64,000 bases of DNA from sequence record MH494197.1; one strand, written 5' to 3'. Shown here one piece after another: positions 32,239 to 45,704 of this stretch; positions within the stretch are counted from its first letter, which is position 1, and each line of letters opens with the position of its first letter. Made by a program: the position numbers and the translations under genes. Under the pieces are notes generated by a model that was not told where the DNA came from, ran no database searches, and was given only the letters and a program-made list of their open reading frames with translations. This DNA comes from Escherichia phage CMSTMSU.

Positions 32239-32580
32239 TTATTTCCCAGATGCTGGGTATGTTTTAAACATATAGTGACATTGTACTAAATCATTGAATT
32301 TCAATCCAAAATCTTTAGTACCCATCAGTGTGTGATAAAAATAATGTGAAATCTCATTGGTTTCTGCATCTTTAATATAGATACCGAACTCGGTACAGCA
32401 GAACTGAACGACTTCATTATAACCTACTAATTTCGAAACAACAAGTACTTGATCATAAGAATTTGCATCAAAACGAATGATATACATATCTTCAGTTTCA
32501 GGATGCACAATCATACCACCACGTGAAATTATTTTGACAAAATTCTCGCTCAAGTACTGAATTGTTGAACTCATGTCCAT
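32239..32580 (-). CDS. hypothetical protein
   Basis: 113-aa ORF. Confidence 0.5.
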   Translation of the reverse strand: MDMSSTIQYLSENFVKIISRGGMIVHPETEDMYIIRFDANSYDQVLVVSKLVGYNEVVQFCCTEFGIYIKDAETNEISHYFYHTLMGTKDFGLKFNDLVQCHYMFKTYPASGK

Positions 32581-32904
32581 CTACGACTCCTTGCGTATAA
32601 CACGTCCTGTTAAGTGCTCGTCTGCACAGAACTTCATTATAAATGCCTTAAGATAGAAGTTGTCTAAGATGCGGTATGCTTGCTTCTTCATAACAACTTC
32701 CTTCTTTTCTACATCTACAATTATATCATGTTCTTCATGAAGTTCCGGATCATTTTGTAAGTTTGGAAATTTAGTACGCTCATAACCACCTATATCCTCC
32801 ATTTCCCATAAAATTCCAATCGCTACTGAAAGATCATGGTGAATTTGAAAATAGCCATTTGCAGCAGTGTAGATATAACCATGCTTGGTTATTGCATAAC
32901 CCAC
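32581..32904 (-). CDS. hypothetical protein
   Basis: 107-aa ORF. Confidence 0.5.
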   Translation of the reverse strand: MGYAITKHGYIYTAANGYFQIHHDLSVAIGILWEMEDIGGYERTKFPNLQNDPELHEEHDIIVDVEKKEVVMKKQAYRILDNFYLKAFIMKFCADEHLTGRVIRKES

Positions 32905-33093
32905 TTCTTACTCTCGGAATGCATCTCACGCTTCAATGCATATGGTGAGCGGGTAGCTTCTCTGGCTCTGGCTCACGGTTTTCGTTGTAAATCTCTTGTT
33001 CGATTCTCAACGCTTTATGATATGAGTATACATGAATTAGACGACAAAGTACAATAGTAATGCAACAAATAATTGTAAAATATATCAGATTAA

Positions 33094-33513
33094 TCATTTC
33101 AACCTCTGCATAGAAACGTACTCGTTGATTGCATCAACTAAATCATATCCAGACATCACCGTATCATTGATGGTCACATTGTACTTTTTACGAACTTGTG
33201 TACCATCTGTTTTACTGTATAGTGATCCATCTGGTTGAATTGCTAAAGTATTGTTTAGAATAAAATCAAACATTTCTTCTTTTGATAGATTTACAGTACA
33301 GGTGTCAATATGATCAGTACTTACCAATTCACGAGTATGTTTAACACCGTACTCGGTGTGTTCACCTACACTACGATGCAATACCTTTAACTGCTCCGCT
33401 GCTGTCTCTTCGTCATAGACATGAATAGTTTCAGTACTGTATAAAATATCTTGAATATTACCAGTACTTACTTCTGTCCATGTATCTTTGAAATGTGTTT
33501 TGATTGTTTTCAT
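33094..33513 (-). CDS. hypothetical protein
   Basis: 139-aa ORF. Confidence 0.55.
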   Translation of the reverse strand: MKTIKTHFKDTWTEVSTGNIQDILYSTETIHVYDEETAAEQLKVLHRSVGEHTEYGVKHTRELVSTDHIDTCTVNLSKEEMFDFILNNTLAIQPDGSLYSKTDGTQVRKKYNVTINDTVMSGYDLVDAINEYVSMQRLK

Positions 33514-33524
33514 ATTATCTCGTA

Positions 33525-33974
33525 TTAGTTATATGAAGTGAATAGATCAATACTTTCATCATCTACACTGATTAATTTACCAGTTGAACTAACAAACACA
33601 ATATTACCACCGGTGAGTTGAACACGCTGGTTTACTGAATATTGATCACTAAGGTTATAATTAGCCCATTCAACTACATAACGCTGTTCAACACCATTAG
33701 TATCATAAAGATAAACGTGTGTAACATCACGCATTTTTAAACGGTCTAACAGTGTAGAGTTATCCATGAAATCCGATGGTGTATCACTACGCAATGCAAT
33801 ACCGAACTCACCAATACCAGTACTAATAGTTAGACCGTTGGAAAAACGACTACAAAGAGTTTTCTCGTCAGCAATATGCATCCATAAAACATTCTTTACA
33901 TCAATCTCAATGAACTCACAATTTTCAAAAACTAAACCTACTTTAGAAACCTTACCATTAAATTGCATCATCAA
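33525..33974 (-). CDS. hypothetical protein
   Basis: 149-aa ORF. Confidence 0.55.
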   Translation of the reverse strand: MMMQFNGKVSKVGLVFENCEFIEIDVKNVLWMHIADEKTLCSRFSNGLTISTGIGEFGIALRSDTPSDFMDNSTLLDRLKMRDVTHVYLYDTNGVEQRYVVEWANYNLSDQYSVNQRVQLTGGNIVFVSSTGKLISVDDESIDLFTSYN

Positions 33975-33977
33975 CTC

Positions 33978-34406
33978 CTATTTTTTGTATTTTAAAATAA
34001 AATCTCTTGCTGCTTTCATAAGTTTAAATGGAATAGCTAATTCTTTAACAGTACTATCCATGAAATGTTCTTCTTCTGTATCATAGAATGTTGACGTGTA
34101 GTGTTCACAATCATCAATTCTATCCCAGATACTTGGCGTGTCAGCAATAACAGTGATTTGTTTATCAGTTTTGGTATGTGCCGCATGTACCGTAAATCCA
34201 ATATCACCCGTTTCAACACGAATTACAAACGATTTATCAGATATATAGCTCAACCAGCAATCTTTACCGAAGTATACAGTACTGTGTTTCTTCTCAAATG
34301 TATTACTGTTTTCAAGTACATCAATGACAATATCAACCTCATTATCACTTAAAATTTTATTCATATCATCTTCCTCGTAGGTTTCTGGCAATTTCAAATA
34401 TACCAT
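33978..34406 (-). CDS. FQxS-motif family protein
   Basis: motif DTEEEHFMDSTVKEL. Confidence 0.5.
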   Translation of the reverse strand: MVYLKLPETYEEDDMNKILSDNEVDIVIDVLENSNTFEKKHSTVYFGKDCWLSYISDKSFVIRVETGDIGFTVHAAHTKTDKQITVIADTPSIWDRIDDCEHYTSTFYDTEEEHFMDSTVKELAIPFKLMKAARDFILKYKK

Positions 34407-34770
34407 TTATGTTGTCAACTGACAATCCACACATATCGTATAATGTAGATAGCTGAAAGAACATATCTTCATCTATAGTAACATGTTCAATCTGCATTTG
34501 CAAGAGCACTTCACCAAGAAAATGATCGTATGTTTGTATCTTAAAAGAATCATAATATATATCAATGAAGAATTTTGGCACACCATAGAACGAAACGACA
34601 AGTACAATGTTGTCAGAAGCTTCACATGGAACACTCAATGTATTTTTAAATGAACGGTATTCAAATGTGTACGGGTCTACGTCACATGTATAGAATGAAC
34701 TACACCCTTCAGAAAATATTACACCATTTTCAATTAGCATAGATAGTGTATGTGGTGGAATTTTCAACAT
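34366..34770 (-). CDS. FQxS-motif family protein
   Basis: motif IDEDMFFQLSTLYDM. Confidence 0.5.
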   Translation of the reverse strand: MLKIPPHTLSMLIENGVIFSEGCSSFYTCDVDPYTFEYRSFKNTLSVPCEASDNIVLVVSFYGVPKFFIDIYYDSFKIQTYDHFLGEVLLQMQIEHVTIDEDMFFQLSTLYDMCGLSVDNINGIFEIARNLRGR

Positions 34771-35053
34771 TTAAATGTTTATCCTTTATTTTGTTGTACG
34801 TTTTATGTAGTACACCACAAATATAAAATAATTTACTTAGATTAGAATAACTTATGTTAGTTAGATCGTATACGAAATTTAGTTGCATGTACATATCTTC
34901 AGTTAAATCATACAACGATTCATCCACATCAATTACGATTTTGTGCGTGGTATCAATCTCTACTTTATTAGGCCACATATCAATAACATAATCATTACCA
35001 TGTTTTTCAGATATGGAAATGAACACATTATCGCTTTGTTCTAAAAACTCCAT
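34730..35053 (-). CDS. FQxS-motif family protein (divergent)
   Basis: motif TEDMYMQLNFVYDL. Confidence 0.45.
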   Translation of the reverse strand: MEFLEQSDNVFISISEKHGNDYVIDMWPNKVEIDTTHKIVIDVDESLYDLTEDMYMQLNFVYDLTNISYSNLSKLFYICGVLHKTYNKIKDKHLNVENSTTYTIYAN

Positions 35054-35211
35054 GTATCCGTTAAGAAATGATCCAGTTATTATCTCATATTCACCAGAAT
35101 AATACGTTGTTCTGGACTCAAATGCATTAAAAATATAAAACGATATGTTTGGTTGATATACTCATCCATTAAACTAATAACTTCTTTATTCATTACATTA
35201 ATCCCACAAGA

Positions 35212-35242
35212 AAAAGGCCGATTCATAATGAATCAGCCTTAA
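35212..35242 (-). terminator. rho-independent terminator
   Basis: hairpin GGCCGATTCAT/ATGAATCaGCC followed by T-run on minus strand. Confidence 0.5.
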
Positions 35243-35429
35243 GTATAACACAGTAGAAGTAAAATGTCAACTTCTAAAATACAGTATCAAAGAGGAATAA
35301 AAAGATACTGTTAGAGGGTAATGAATATAATGAACCATGAGGGTGATATCATTATACTTTAAAAGAGTGATAGCTTCTAGACAAAAGGAGGAATTCAGTA
35401 CCGACTAGAAGCTATCCGGTTAAACGATT

Positions 35430-35633
35430 TCAGTACTGAATGTTTAGTTTAGGATGAGTATGTCCATCTTCGATTTGCTTTAGAATCGAGTCGCGGATCT
35501 CTACTGCACCCTGATAACTGTATTTATCGTTCGGAACTACCCATGTATATTCACCATCAGTGGTTTTAAAATCAATACATGGATTGTCTCTGTATTCAGA
35601 TGCAATGATTGAAATAACATGCAATGAATTCAA
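35430..35633 (-). CDS. hypothetical protein
   Basis: 67-aa ORF. Confidence 0.4.
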   Translation of the reverse strand: MNSLHVISIIASEYRDNPCIDFKTTDGEYTWVVPNDKYSYQGAVEIRDSILKQIEDGHTHPKLNIQY

Positions 35634-36039
35634 TGAATGATTTGTATAAGGATAATTGTTATTGTCTCGGAACGTGAATGTTTTAGTTCATCAGGTGCAA
35701 CAATAAATTCCATTATTCATCCTCGTACTTCTTGAATGGTGGAACATCTCCATTGAAGTCTTTGCACATCTTAGTTGCACGAACTTCAGTATTGTTGTGG
35801 TAATTTTTCTTAAATTCATAAGAAACATAATTACGAATACCGTGTATGAATAATAGCAAGAACCAATGTACGACCAAATAAGCATAACAAATTCAAAACA
35901 TATTAAGCTCCGAGTTATGGATTAATCAAACGACACATACCAACTATAACATTTATCTCTTCTAATGTCAAGTCACCAATGTCATTTATCATTGAGTACT
36001 GGAATAATGACTCTTCTGTGTACTCAAAATCACGTACTG

Positions 36040-36273
36040 CTATAAAATTGGCTCCTTAGAAACATCTAATGTTATCTTAGCCATTGTACTATATAAATCA
36101 AATTGATACAAAATATTAGGAGAAGTATATGCTATGTATAAATTATTAGATTCTGATGGATGTACCAGTGTGAATACATCATAACATAATATTTTTATGT
36201 TAGGATCATCAAAATTACCAGTATGAAGATTCTTACGAACATCTTGCATTATACGAGTTATTAAACTAGTCAT
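36040..36273 (-). CDS. hypothetical protein
   Basis: 77-aa ORF. Confidence 0.4.
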   Translation of the reverse strand: MTSLITRIMQDVRKNLHTGNFDDPNIKILCYDVFTLVHPSESNNLYIAYTSPNILYQFDLYSTMAKITLDVSKEPIL

Positions 36274-36565
36274 TAAAGGGATTTGGAACCTCTTCTGGAA
36301 TCAATCTTTGAACTTTAAGTATAGCTTTAATGTCCTCAAATGTCAATCCATTTAGATCGTTTACGAGACAGTACTGGAAGAATTTTTCTTCAGTATCTAT
36401 ATCGTCAAAATTCAATTCAATTCCAGTGTCATAATAATCACTATTTACATTAGCAATTCTGATTTTAACTCGTTCAAAATACACATCAAATGAATAAAAA
36501 TGATCATTGATTTCATAACCAAGAAAAATATTAAAACATTTACTCAAATCAGTGGTTTCGTTCAA
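36266..36565 (-). CDS. FQxS-motif family protein
   Basis: motif DTEEKFFQYCLVNDL. Confidence 0.45.
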   Translation of the reverse strand: MNETTDLSKCFNIFLGYEINDHFYSFDVYFERVKIRIANVNSDYYDTGIELNFDDIDTEEKFFQYCLVNDLNGLTFEDIKAILKVQRLIPEEVPNPFND

Positions 36566-36697
36566 ATCGTCATCATAGCAAAAACTCTAACTTCACCAAT
36601 ATCTTTTAATTGTACATCATGTAGTGACCATGCGTTGTTTTTAATACGTAGTTCACCATTTTAACAATGTTGTATTTCATAGTGTACCTTTATTTTG

Positions 36698-36770
<73 letters not shown>

Positions 36771-36773
36771 TGA

Positions 36774-36856
<83 letters not shown>

Positions 36857-36907
36857 AGAAGTAAGATAACCAACAAGTCTCCATACTCTTTCGCATTGAG
36901 GGGAGGC

Positions 36908-36968
<61 letters not shown>

Positions 36969-37020
36969 GCCAAGTGTCGGCATAGGTGCAGCACTATAAA
37001 GTTCTTCAAGCTGTTTGGCA

Positions 37021-37110
<90 letters not shown>

Positions 37111-37112
37111 TA

Positions 37113-37237
<125 letters not shown>

Positions 37238-37256
37238 GCATACTCGAAGTACCTCT

Positions 37257-37294
<38 letters not shown>

Positions 37295-37313
37295 AACTGA
37301 ATACTTACATCCC

Positions 37314-37348
<35 letters not shown>

Positions 37349-37400
37349 ATAGGCACACACGGAACTGCTTTATAAGCTACTGAATCGGGAATCACAACCT

Positions 37401-37660
<260 letters not shown>

Positions 37661-37724
37661 TAATACCCGCTAGTAGTTTAAGTCTGCGGCGTTGAAGACA
37701 CCAAGTGAAGTCTTACCACGTAGT

Positions 37725-37964
37725 TTAGGTGAAATGACATATTTTGTCAATTTCTTTTACCGTACCAGTGATTGAATTCGTCTTCAGTAACATGTGGGTT
37801 CTGGAAATCGTATTCACGTTTCTTATGAAGTTTTTAGCTTGTTCTGCAATCTTAGTTCGTTGATCTTCTGGAATGTCGAATGTATTGTTACGTTTGCACC
37901 ATTCGTGCACTAATGCTTCCAGAAGGAACTGTTCAGTTTCTTTGACTAGAGTGATTTTAGTCAA
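37725..37964 (-). CDS. hypothetical protein
   Basis: 79-aa ORF. Confidence 0.4.
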   Translation of the reverse strand: MTKITLVKETEQFLLEALVHEWCKRNNTFDIPEDQRTKIAEQAKNFIRNVNTISRTHMLLKTNSITGTVKEIDKICHFT

Positions 37965-38075
37965 GCCTTTTCGATGTTCATATAATCATCGACATATCCA
38001 TTCCAAATAACAATCTCTGGATTGCCGTCAATCTCTTGAAGCATTTTGATCAAGTCATTCTTTTCATTTAAATTC

Positions 38076-38321
<246 letters not shown>

Positions 38322-38341
38322 AAGTATGCCATATTTGTTTC

Positions 38342-38527
38342 CTATGAAATGAATGTAGCGTTAATTCCCATTATAAATGCAAATATACCAAACAATATCA
38401 GACCGATTGGTACAAAGATCATAGATCTATTTCCATGTTTCGATAAAAATCGTTCAACTGTAATTAAACGTATTGATATCGGAACCATTATAATAATATA
38501 CAATATTGAAAGAATTAAAAGTTGCAT
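38342..38527 (-). CDS. small membrane protein
   Basis: 61-aa hydrophobic ORF. Confidence 0.4.
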   Translation of the reverse strand: MQLLILSILYIIIMVPISIRLITVERFLSKHGNRSMIFVPIGLILFGIFAFIMGINATFIS

Positions 38528-38556
38528 TTTAATTTCCTATTGTAATTTCGTTTTTG

Positions 38557-39352
<796 letters not shown>

Positions 39353-39711
39353 TCACCAACTTTAATTAAAAAATGGATGGTGACGCTTTTAAACGCCGCT
39401 GTTAATTCAGCTTTATAACCACCGTTTTAACTTGCCTTTCGGCTACCTTGACGTGGTGCGTACAGGCTACTAAAAGCAACTACTGTAAACATATTTCCAC
39501 GCCTTACCCTTTTAAATAAAAGTCCATCCGGTTTTCCAGTTTGGTGAAGGATAGTCACCTCTAGTTTAAACCTGCTAGTCAAGTAATAATTGCCTATCGT
39601 CCAATTATCAAACCCGTCTAGGTTAACATTCACCACTTCCTAGAGTACCAGAGATCTTGTTCTGGATTGCATCGACGTAACTTACACCATATACGTCTGA
39701 TTGTGGAATTC

Positions 39712-39745
<34 letters not shown>

Positions 39746-39805
39746 TTTACAAATCTGGACGTTCATCTTTAAACATATTAATCTCCTTGGTACTGAACTA
39801 TTTAT

Positions 39806-40218
<413 letters not shown>

Positions 40219-40235
40219 CTTTTTATTCATCGGTA

Positions 40236-40273
<38 letters not shown>

Positions 40274-40287
40274 TTAAATATGCTTTG

Positions 40288-40322
<35 letters not shown>

Positions 40323-40387
40323 AGAATCTAATGGTAGATAATAAGGATTCCACTTTATTTTTGGCGTTTCATCCACTCTTCATGTGT

Positions 40388-40557
40388 CATATTCGTACCA
40401 GTAGTTCAATTAAGTACATTTCATATGCTGGATCGTTGATAAGTTTATCATACAGATGTGGCTCTGAAATGAATTCCCAATGATACTTTAGCCATTTACC
40501 GATACCCGAATATCTAAAATTAATATCATTCATCCATTCTTCATGTGTCATTTTCGT

Positions 40558-40561
<4 letters not shown>
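40388..40561 (-). CDS. MTHEEW-family small protein, copy B (~55 aa)
   Basis: hand translation MTHEEWMNDINFRYSGIGKWLKYHWEFISEP...; stop overlaps ATG of a truncated third copy. Confidence 0.4.
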
Positions 40562-40712
<151 letters not shown>

Positions 40713-40735
40713 GGTTTAACCTTTAATTAAAATTG

Positions 40736-40814
<79 letters not shown>

Positions 40815-40818
40815 ATTT

Positions 40819-40934
<116 letters not shown>

Positions 40935-41019
40935 ATAGTCTGTTCCAATATTTATGATTCGGTTTCGGGATTAAATTTTATAAATTCATCTTTATGTTCA
41001 TCTTCAATTGCAATATCTT

Positions 41020-41241
41020 CTACGTCTTCAGGCCAGATTGTGGTGTCCCTTGGTAGAAGCGATAGTTATCGAATTCTGCACTACGTGTTCTTCCCTGTTC
41101 CCAACCAATAGTACAGTCATGATATACATCACCACTACGTGTACGAATGCTTATTGAGTCTTGTGTTTCATAAAGAACGTCAATGCGTGTGTTACGATTT
41201 GTATTGAATTTTTCAAAATGCATAGTAATCCCCAATAACAA
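41020..41241 (-). CDS. hypothetical protein
   Basis: 73-aa ORF. Confidence 0.45.
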   Translation of the reverse strand: MLLGITMHFEKFNTNRNTRIDVLYETQDSISIRTRSGDVYHDCTIGWEQGRTRSAEFDNYRFYQGTPQSGLKT

Positions 41242-41244
41242 TTG

Positions 41245-41463
41245 TTATTCTTGTGGTTTAGTTACACCAACACCAATAATACTTTTAATATCAATATGGA
41301 TATTAGCAAGTTCATTACTGTCAAACGGGTTAGTTTCAGTTACAACAACAGTGGTGTCATTAACTAAAACTACTGAACCTTTTACACGGTATCCCTGAAG
41401 GAGTACTTGTACATTGTCACCAGCGTTTAATGAGTTAATAACTTCTAATAGAGTAGATTCCAT
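41245..41463 (-). CDS. hypothetical protein
   Basis: 72-aa ORF. Confidence 0.45.
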   Translation of the reverse strand: MESTLLEVINSLNAGDNVQVLLQGYRVKGSVVLVNDTTVVVTETNPFDSNELANIHIDIKSIIGVGVTKPQE

Positions 41464-41473
41464 TTTATTTTCC

Positions 41474-41671
41474 TTACGGTTTACTATTTTTACGTTTTTC
41501 TGATTCGGGTACAGTTTTCATTTCACCAATACATAGTTCCATGATGAGTACACCTTTGTCATTATAACGTACTACATCTTCAATGTCAAAATGTCTCGCA
41601 CTATGAACAACTTCAATACATGCATCATCGGGATATGATTCCAATAATGCTACAAGTTCTGCTTTAGTCAC
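41474..41671 (-). CDS. hypothetical protein
   Basis: 65-aa ORF; GAGGAA RBS; promoter upstream. Confidence 0.45.
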   Translation of the reverse strand: MTKAELVALLESYPDDACIEVVHSARHFDIEDVVRYNDKGVLIMELCIGEMKTVPESEKRKNSKP

Positions 41672-41684
41672 TTTGGATTCCTCG

Positions 41685-41819
<135 letters not shown>

Positions 41820-41821
<2 letters not shown>

Positions 41822-41999
41822 ATCAATTATAATTAGGTGTTTCATTTCTTCAGTACTGAAGAATAAGCTATCACTGATCCTGTTACCATTGGAATCTACT
41901 ACATAATATATATTACCGTATTTCACCACTTCAATTCCATCAATTTCAATACGTGGTAACATGCGGATAATATCATCAGCACCGTACACTGATGACATA
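41820..41999 (-). CDS. small protein (~59 aa)
   Basis: hand translation MSSVYGADDIIRMLPRIEIDGIEVVKYGN... Confidence 0.3.
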
Positions 42000-42039
42000 A
42001 AACTTTTGTAGGATTAATAATTACTCTCATACTATATCT

Positions 42040-42213
42040 TCTATTTCCTAATTGCAAGCTCATAGATGAACCAGTGATTACTATCCGCATCAAGTACAAA
42101 TGATTTGAAAAGTTGTTTATCTTTTAACACATCATAATGACCTTGGCGTATACCAAAACCAAAAGGATTATGTTTAAATTTTAGTTCATCTAACCATTCT
42201 TTGTGTGTCATCT
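42040..42213 (-). CDS. MTHEEW-family small protein, copy D (~57 aa)
   Basis: hand translation MTHKEWLDELKFKHNPFGFGIRQGHYD... Confidence 0.4.
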
Positions 42214-42380
42214 TATTTTGTCCATGACTGCTATACTAAAATATGTACCAAAATCATCACAATTGATGATGTTGTTATAGTACTCGATTGTTACGCAATG
42301 ATATATACAATTCAAGCTTAAAATAGTATATATCTGCTGCATTTATATTATAGTGTAGATTAAACCACTCATCAAATGTC

Positions 42381-42716
42381 TTAGGCTGCATTATATTTAT
42401 CTTTATAAAAATCCATGATTTTAGTCAACAGTACTGCAATCGTATAATCTAAATCAGGATAAAGTAAATTGTACTGAAATTCTTCCTCTACACTATAGTT
42501 TGTGGTGCAGTACTGATAGTCTTTATAACCAATGGAAAAATGGTTAGGATACAATGTACAACGAAAACGATATGCTTCATCTGTCATATAATCATTGTAT
42601 TCAACACAGAAGTATAGTGATTTGGCATTTAATTCAATAAGCTCAACGAAACCATCAGGTAATGAATGGTTATAAATTACTGAATCTTCATTAAACCATT
42701 CATAGTATTTTTCCAA
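42381..42716 (-). CDS. FQxS-motif family protein (divergent)
   Basis: motif VEEEFQYNLLYPDLD. Confidence 0.45.
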   Translation of the reverse strand: MEKYYEWFNEDSVIYNHSLPDGFVELIELNAKSLYFCVEYNDYMTDEAYRFRCTLYPNHFSIGYKDYQYCTTNYSVEEEFQYNLLYPDLDYTIAVLLTKIMDFYKDKYNAA

Positions 42717-42802
42717 AAATCACTAATGGATACATCCAGACTTTGTATAGGTGGAGTAATGACAATTTGAACTTCGTTATTCATTTCGACCCTTACTATA
42801 TT

Positions 42803-43153
42803 TCACGTATGGGCTATCATACAGATCATAACTTTTTGTGCACGTTCTTTTCGGCGTTCATACATGATTCTATCATACTCTTTAGCTTTCTGATTTGCTT
42901 CATTATACAATTTTAAAATTAGCAAAAATGCATCAAGATCGGGATAGTTTGCTGGATTGATAGTACTCAGCATAAATCGTTCTTCTTCAGTTCTAGCTAA
43001 GTCAAATTCATACTTAATAGTTTTATACCCACTCCATTTATATATATGCGTTACTTTATTAGTAAGTACATTATATTCAACGAAGTCAGTACTACCATCA
43101 AGTACACGAGTAATCTTAATAGATGTACCAATGACAATCTGTACAGAACTCAT
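42803..43153 (-). CDS. FQxS-motif family protein
   Basis: motif TEEERFMLSTINPANYPDLD. Confidence 0.45.
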   Translation of the reverse strand: MSSVQIVIGTSIKITRVLDGSTDFVEYNVLTNKVTHIYKWSGYKTIKYEFDLARTEEERFMLSTINPANYPDLDAFLLILKLYNEANQKAKEYDRIMYERRKERAQKVMICMIAHT

Positions 43154-43267
43154 TTCTGAAGTTTTAAAGTAAAAATGTTATTACGGCGAAGATTAACTTC
43201 TCGATCTCCAATGCGAACATGCTTAATAACTTCCATTAATGGTTCTGGGACACCACGAATCGGCATG

Positions 43268-43834
43268 TTAGTATTCCTCAACAACGGTTAGGAATCTATC
43301 CCAACCAGTATAAGTGAAATGATCAAAGTATTGTTTTTCGCCACCTACCATATATACTTCAATTAAACCGTGGTCGAAATAATTTTTGGTTTTAACTTCA
43401 GTTACAATTGCTTTATGTCTGAAACCATTATAATCAGTATATGTTACAATATCGTGAATTTTGATATTATCAGGTGTATAAGTGTTGGCGTTATTATTGA
43501 GAACATGAAGATGATGGTCTACGATTTCTTTACTGGAAATTACCCCAAATATGTTACCAGAAAATACTTTATTACCATTACAGGTCAATGCCCAGCCATC
43601 ACCAACTTCAATAGATTCAAATACATAATGTGTGCAAATTTTAGATACATCTGATGTATCCCAGTAATCACCATCAAGATTGGTGAATTTATAAACAGTT
43701 TTGAGTTTTTCGCCATCAAATGAAAGCAATGATACTCCGATAACAACCGTTCCGTCTTTAAGAATAATATTAAATTTATTATTTGTATTAAAGTATGCTT
43801 CTGACTCAGATGAGTTGAATTTAATAAAGTTCAT
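43268..43834 (-). CDS. hypothetical protein (188 aa)
   Basis: long intact ORF. Confidence 0.65.
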   Translation of the reverse strand: MNFIKFNSSESEAYFNTNNKFNIILKDGTVVIGVSLLSFDGEKLKTVYKFTNLDGDYWDTSDVSKICTHYVFESIEVGDGWALTCNGNKVFSGNIFGVISSKEIVDHHLHVLNNNANTYTPDNIKIHDIVTYTDYNGFRHKAIVTEVKTKNYFDHGLIEVYMVGGEKQYFDHFTYTGWDRFLTVVEEY

Positions 43835-43997
43835 ATGTTCTCCTTAGTAAGTCATAGTATTATATCAGAGTTTCATTGCACTTACCAGCATGTTTTCATA
43901 ACTTCTGTGATGTAAATCATTTTATCTTTTAGTTCATAAGGGATGCAAATTTCACGGGCTTAACGTTGTGTTCTTTTGAAACTCATCCTCTTCGGAA

Positions 43998-44270
43998 TCA
44001 GCCGTAAAATGGATGCGTCACAAAGTTATCATCAACTGGACGATTATGTGGTTTCATTAATGCATCATGATTGACAAAATAATAAGCATCAATATCAGGA
44101 CGGAAATACAAACAATCAACCTTAATGCACGGGTGTAACCATAAGGACAAAGAATATGTTATTTGGTTACCAATTTGTCTTGGACCAGATGCAATTGTAT
44201 TGATGTTATTTTTATCTTGTACCATTTCATAAATGAAATCTATCATTTCACGTAGTTCAGATTCAGTCAT
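43998..44270 (-). CDS. hypothetical protein
   Basis: 90-aa ORF; AAGGAA RBS. Confidence 0.5.
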   Translation of the reverse strand: MTESELREMIDFIYEMVQDKNNINTIASGPRQIGNQITYSLSLWLHPCIKVDCLYFRPDIDAYYFVNHDALMKPHNRPVDDNFVTHPFYG

Positions 44271-44282
44271 TTTATTTCCTTA

Positions 44283-44307
44283 AAAAATACCCAGTACTAG
44301 ACTGGGT
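44283..44307 (-). terminator. rho-independent terminator
   Basis: hairpin TACCCAG-tctagta-CTGGGTA followed by TTTTTT on minus strand. Confidence 0.6.
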
Positions 44308-44486
44308 ATAAAGTAATGTTCAATCAGATTTCTTTTCGTAATCTGCAAAACAGTCAGGATTGTTGCACACAGTGAATCAACTGCTGCTGCGTTTTCATCA
44401 AGGGATTTCGCTAGTTCTTGAATCTCTTGAAGTTTTACTACTAAGTCAATTTTTGATTACTCATTACTTCTCCTATTGAATGTATT

Positions 44487-44792
44487 TTAGATGTTAATTT
44501 TGATACCAGATAGATCCAGTACTTTACGTATAGTAGGTTCTGGTTCAGGCTGAACAACCTCTTCAGGCTCTTGTACTGGAATCTTTGTGTTAATATTTAG
44601 ACCATCTTGAAGAATTTCAGGGATAATTCCATGCTGCACATCATTGTACATAGACACAACAGTTTCTGCACAAGATAACATTTCACGAACTTTAAACTGA
44701 TATCCTTGTGGTAAATCTTTGATGATTTCCATAACATCTAATAACTTCGTTTGTACATCAATAAGAATACTGTTTGATTTATCTGCGTCCAT
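44487..44792 (-). CDS. hypothetical protein
   Basis: 101-aa ORF. Confidence 0.5.
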   Translation of the reverse strand: MDADKSNSILIDVQTKLLDVMEIIKDLPQGYQFKVREMLSCAETVVSMYNDVQHGIIPEILQDGLNINTKIPVQEPEEVVQPEPEPTIRKVLDLSGIKINI

Positions 44793-44831
44793 TAATCCAA
44801 CTCCACTACGTTATTTTTTTCTTTGTATTTA

Positions 44832-45281
44832 CTACAGTGGGTGAATCATTTTTGTCACATCACCTCGTAATTTCTTTTCTAGTGCGATGATACGCTTTAA
44901 TGTCTTAATTGACGGTCGTTTCTTTGTTAGCTCGGCTTTTGCTTCAGTATAATACTTTCGGATATATCCATATGCATAATACTTAGAACCAATAAAAATT
45001 TCAGCAACGGCTGGCTGATAACTCATTTCGTACCCATTAATGTCCACGGGTGATGCATAAAATACAATATTTGTATTACACGAAGAAATTTTAGCAACCA
45101 GTAAGTTAGCTTCAAGTTTATTCAAAATCAACGTAGTGGTTTCTTCTGCCTCGTCACTGTACTGCATAGCTGACATTAGAAGTTGAAAGGACTTGAAGTA
45201 ATTACTACCACTGATTACCGTATTGAAGATTAAGCCCAATGTAATCAGTACTAGTGTACCAAGACATATAAACAAAACCAA
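44832..45281 (-). CDS. membrane-anchored protein
   Basis: 149-aa ORF with N-terminal hydrophobic segment. Confidence 0.55.
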   Translation of the reverse strand: MVLFICLGTLVLITLGLIFNTVISGSNYFKSFQLLMSAMQYSDEAEETTTLILNKLEANLLVAKISSCNTNIVFYASPVDINGYEMSYQPAVAEIFIGSKYYAYGYIRKYYTEAKAELTKKRPSIKTLKRIIALEKKLRGDVTKMIHPL

Positions 45282-45358
45282 TATTCAACACTCATTAATA
45301 TATCCTCAGTTTGTATTTTATTAAAAGCCCCATCAACATTGATGAGGCAGGAAATCAA

Positions 45359-45568
45359 TTACTTACGGTTTGCTTTACGCAGTTCAGAAAGTTCTTCTTG
45401 TAGACTTTTCTTCCATGCAATTAGATGAGCAAAACGGATTGGCCTTGCACCAGTACCGTGAAATACTGCGAGAGCTTCTTCAGCTTGATGAATCTGGAAC
45501 TGAATGTAGTTCACAGTGCGGTCGAAGTCGGTGATATCTAGTACTTGTGCGTTAGTTTCTTTAGCCAT
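45359..45568 (-). CDS. hypothetical protein
   Basis: 69-aa ORF. Confidence 0.45.
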   Translation of the reverse strand: MAKETNAQVLDITDFDRTVNYIQFQIHQAEEALAVFHGTGARPIRFAHLIAWKKSLQEELSELRKANRK

Positions 45569-45704
45569 TTTAATACCCTTTTATTTCTTTTTATGAAAAA
45601 CCCTCATCATTGAGGAATGGTTTGCATTTTACATCTGCCGATAATATACATTATATCATACTTTTCAGCGTTGTCCCAAAAATTAATTATTTTTAGAACA
45701 AATT

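Noticed and set aside
39427-39636. Track ORF of 69 aa in a locally GC-richer stretch
   Set aside because: No RBS or clear start context, and its translation lacks features. The region may instead be the 3' leader of the tRNA operon, so it was left unannotated.
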